A stretch of DNA of 64,000 nt from a bacterium (GTDB lineage Bacteria; Patescibacteriota; Minisyncoccia; Phycocordibacterales; UBA9973), in contig JBBCGN010000002.1 in the NCBI GenBank assembly GCA_037200905.1, positions 22,879 through 86,878 on the forward strand. The letters are read 5' to 3'. The notes below the pieces were generated by a model. The model ran no database searches, had not been told where the DNA came from, and saw nothing but the letters and a program-made list of their open reading frames with translations. Below, piece after piece: positions 63,655 through 64,000 of the stretch. Position 1 is the first letter of the stretch; every line of letters begins with the position of its first letter. Both the position numbers and the translations under genes were made by a program.

Positions 63655-63729
63655 GAGAGCGGCTATAAAATTTTTTTGCCCGCAAAAACGCAGCCAGTTG
63701 CGCGCTGCAAAAACTTTATAGCCGCTCTC
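63655..63729. repeat. 15-bp perfect inverted repeat between the smpB stop and the tmRNA 5' end
   Basis: GAGAGCGGCTATAAA (63655-63669) pairs with TTTATAGCCGCTCTC (63715-63729). The spacer is 45 nt and contains smaller hairpins. Confidence 0.7.
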
Positions 63730-63737
63730 TTTTATTT

Positions 63738-64000
63738 TCAACGTGCTTTGTATTCGCGCCTGATCTCTCGGTCCGTGTCGCGTTTCTTTATCGTCTCGCG
63801 CTTGTCGAATTTCTTCTTTCCTTTGACCAGGGCGATCTCGATCTTTACTTTGCGGCCTTTATTATACAGTGAAAGTGGCACTATTGTCAAACTCTTGTTG
63901 GTGCCGCTCGCGGCGAGCTCTTCGAGTTCTTTCTGCGTCAGTAGGAGTTTGCGGTTAGCGAGGGGATCATAATCCTTGGCAGCGTTCTTCGCCTGATACG
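63738..64000 (-). CDS. smpB: SsrA-binding protein SmpB, 3' portion only (the gene continues beyond the window)
   Basis: The minus-strand translation is ...KLLLTQKELEELAASGTNKSLTIVPLSLYNKGRKVKIEIALVKGKKKFDKRETIKKRDTDREIRREYKAR*, with the stop at 63738-63740. It is absent from the ORF track because it has no start codon in the window. Confidence 0.85.
   Translation of the reverse strand, partial: YQAKNAAKDYDPLANRKLLLTQKELEELAASGTNKSLTIVPLSLYNKGRKVKIEIALVKGKKKFDKRETIKKRDTDREIRREYKAR

Noticed and set aside
63676-63972. A 98-aa plus-strand ORF lies at the right edge of the window.
   Set aside because: The minus strand of the same interval encodes a clean SmpB C-terminus ending at 63738-63740. 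The plus-strand ORF is its antisense shadow.

Overview
This 64-kb segment comes from a small-genome bacterium that looks like a Candidate Phyla Radiation/Patescibacteria (Parcubacteria-like) lineage. That placement is an inference from four things: an S10-spc ribosomal cluster with no L30 gene between rpsE and rplO, a short L15, AT-rich TATATG-type start contexts with almost no Shine-Dalgarno motifs, and a Gram-positive-style type IV pilus/competence cluster alongside nucleotide-salvage genes. Standard genetic code; TAA is the dominant stop.

Layout, left to right:
- (1) A giant, 5'-truncated RHS/YD-repeat polymorphic toxin with two unusual internal domain insertions and an HNH-like C-terminal toxin module. 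A low-GC array of candidate immunity genes follows, and a REP-associated tyrosine transposase (RAYT) bracketed by inverted GGGGTCAGCCAC repeats has invaded that array.
- (2) comFC, then a complete type IV pilus cluster: pilM, N-like, O-like, pilB, a CheY-type receiver, pilT, pilC, three tandem major-pilin paralogs, pilD and four minor pilins. ligA follows.
- (3) tRNA-Ser(GGA), then a dTMP-synthesis/salvage group: deoxyribosyltransferase-like gene, dCMP deaminase, MazG, folA, thyA.
- (4) A DEAD-box helicase, rpmB and an M50 peptidase.
- (5) rpsL-rpsG-fusA-tuf. This str block is interrupted by orphan genes, a pyrE-pyrF fusion and a small minus-strand transcription unit.
- (6) The S10/spc ribosomal block through secY, then adk and map.
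- (7) A 923-aa TraD/VirD4-like ATPase, ndk, a candidate structured sRNA, a beta-CASP RNase, a LOG/TIGR00725-like gene, and infC-rpmI-rplT.
- (8) A phosphohexomutase, a low-GC orphan island, tmRNA, and the 3' end of smpB.

Three observations stand out:
- A roughly 45-nt two-hairpin leader is repeated directly in front of the start codons of rplC, rpsN and rplT.
- The RAYT/REP element is remodelling the toxin-immunity island.
- There are 15 single-nucleotide frameshifts, 11 of them within 19.4-24.9 kb and five in ligA alone. Sequencing/assembly indels are the most likely cause, but this must be checked.
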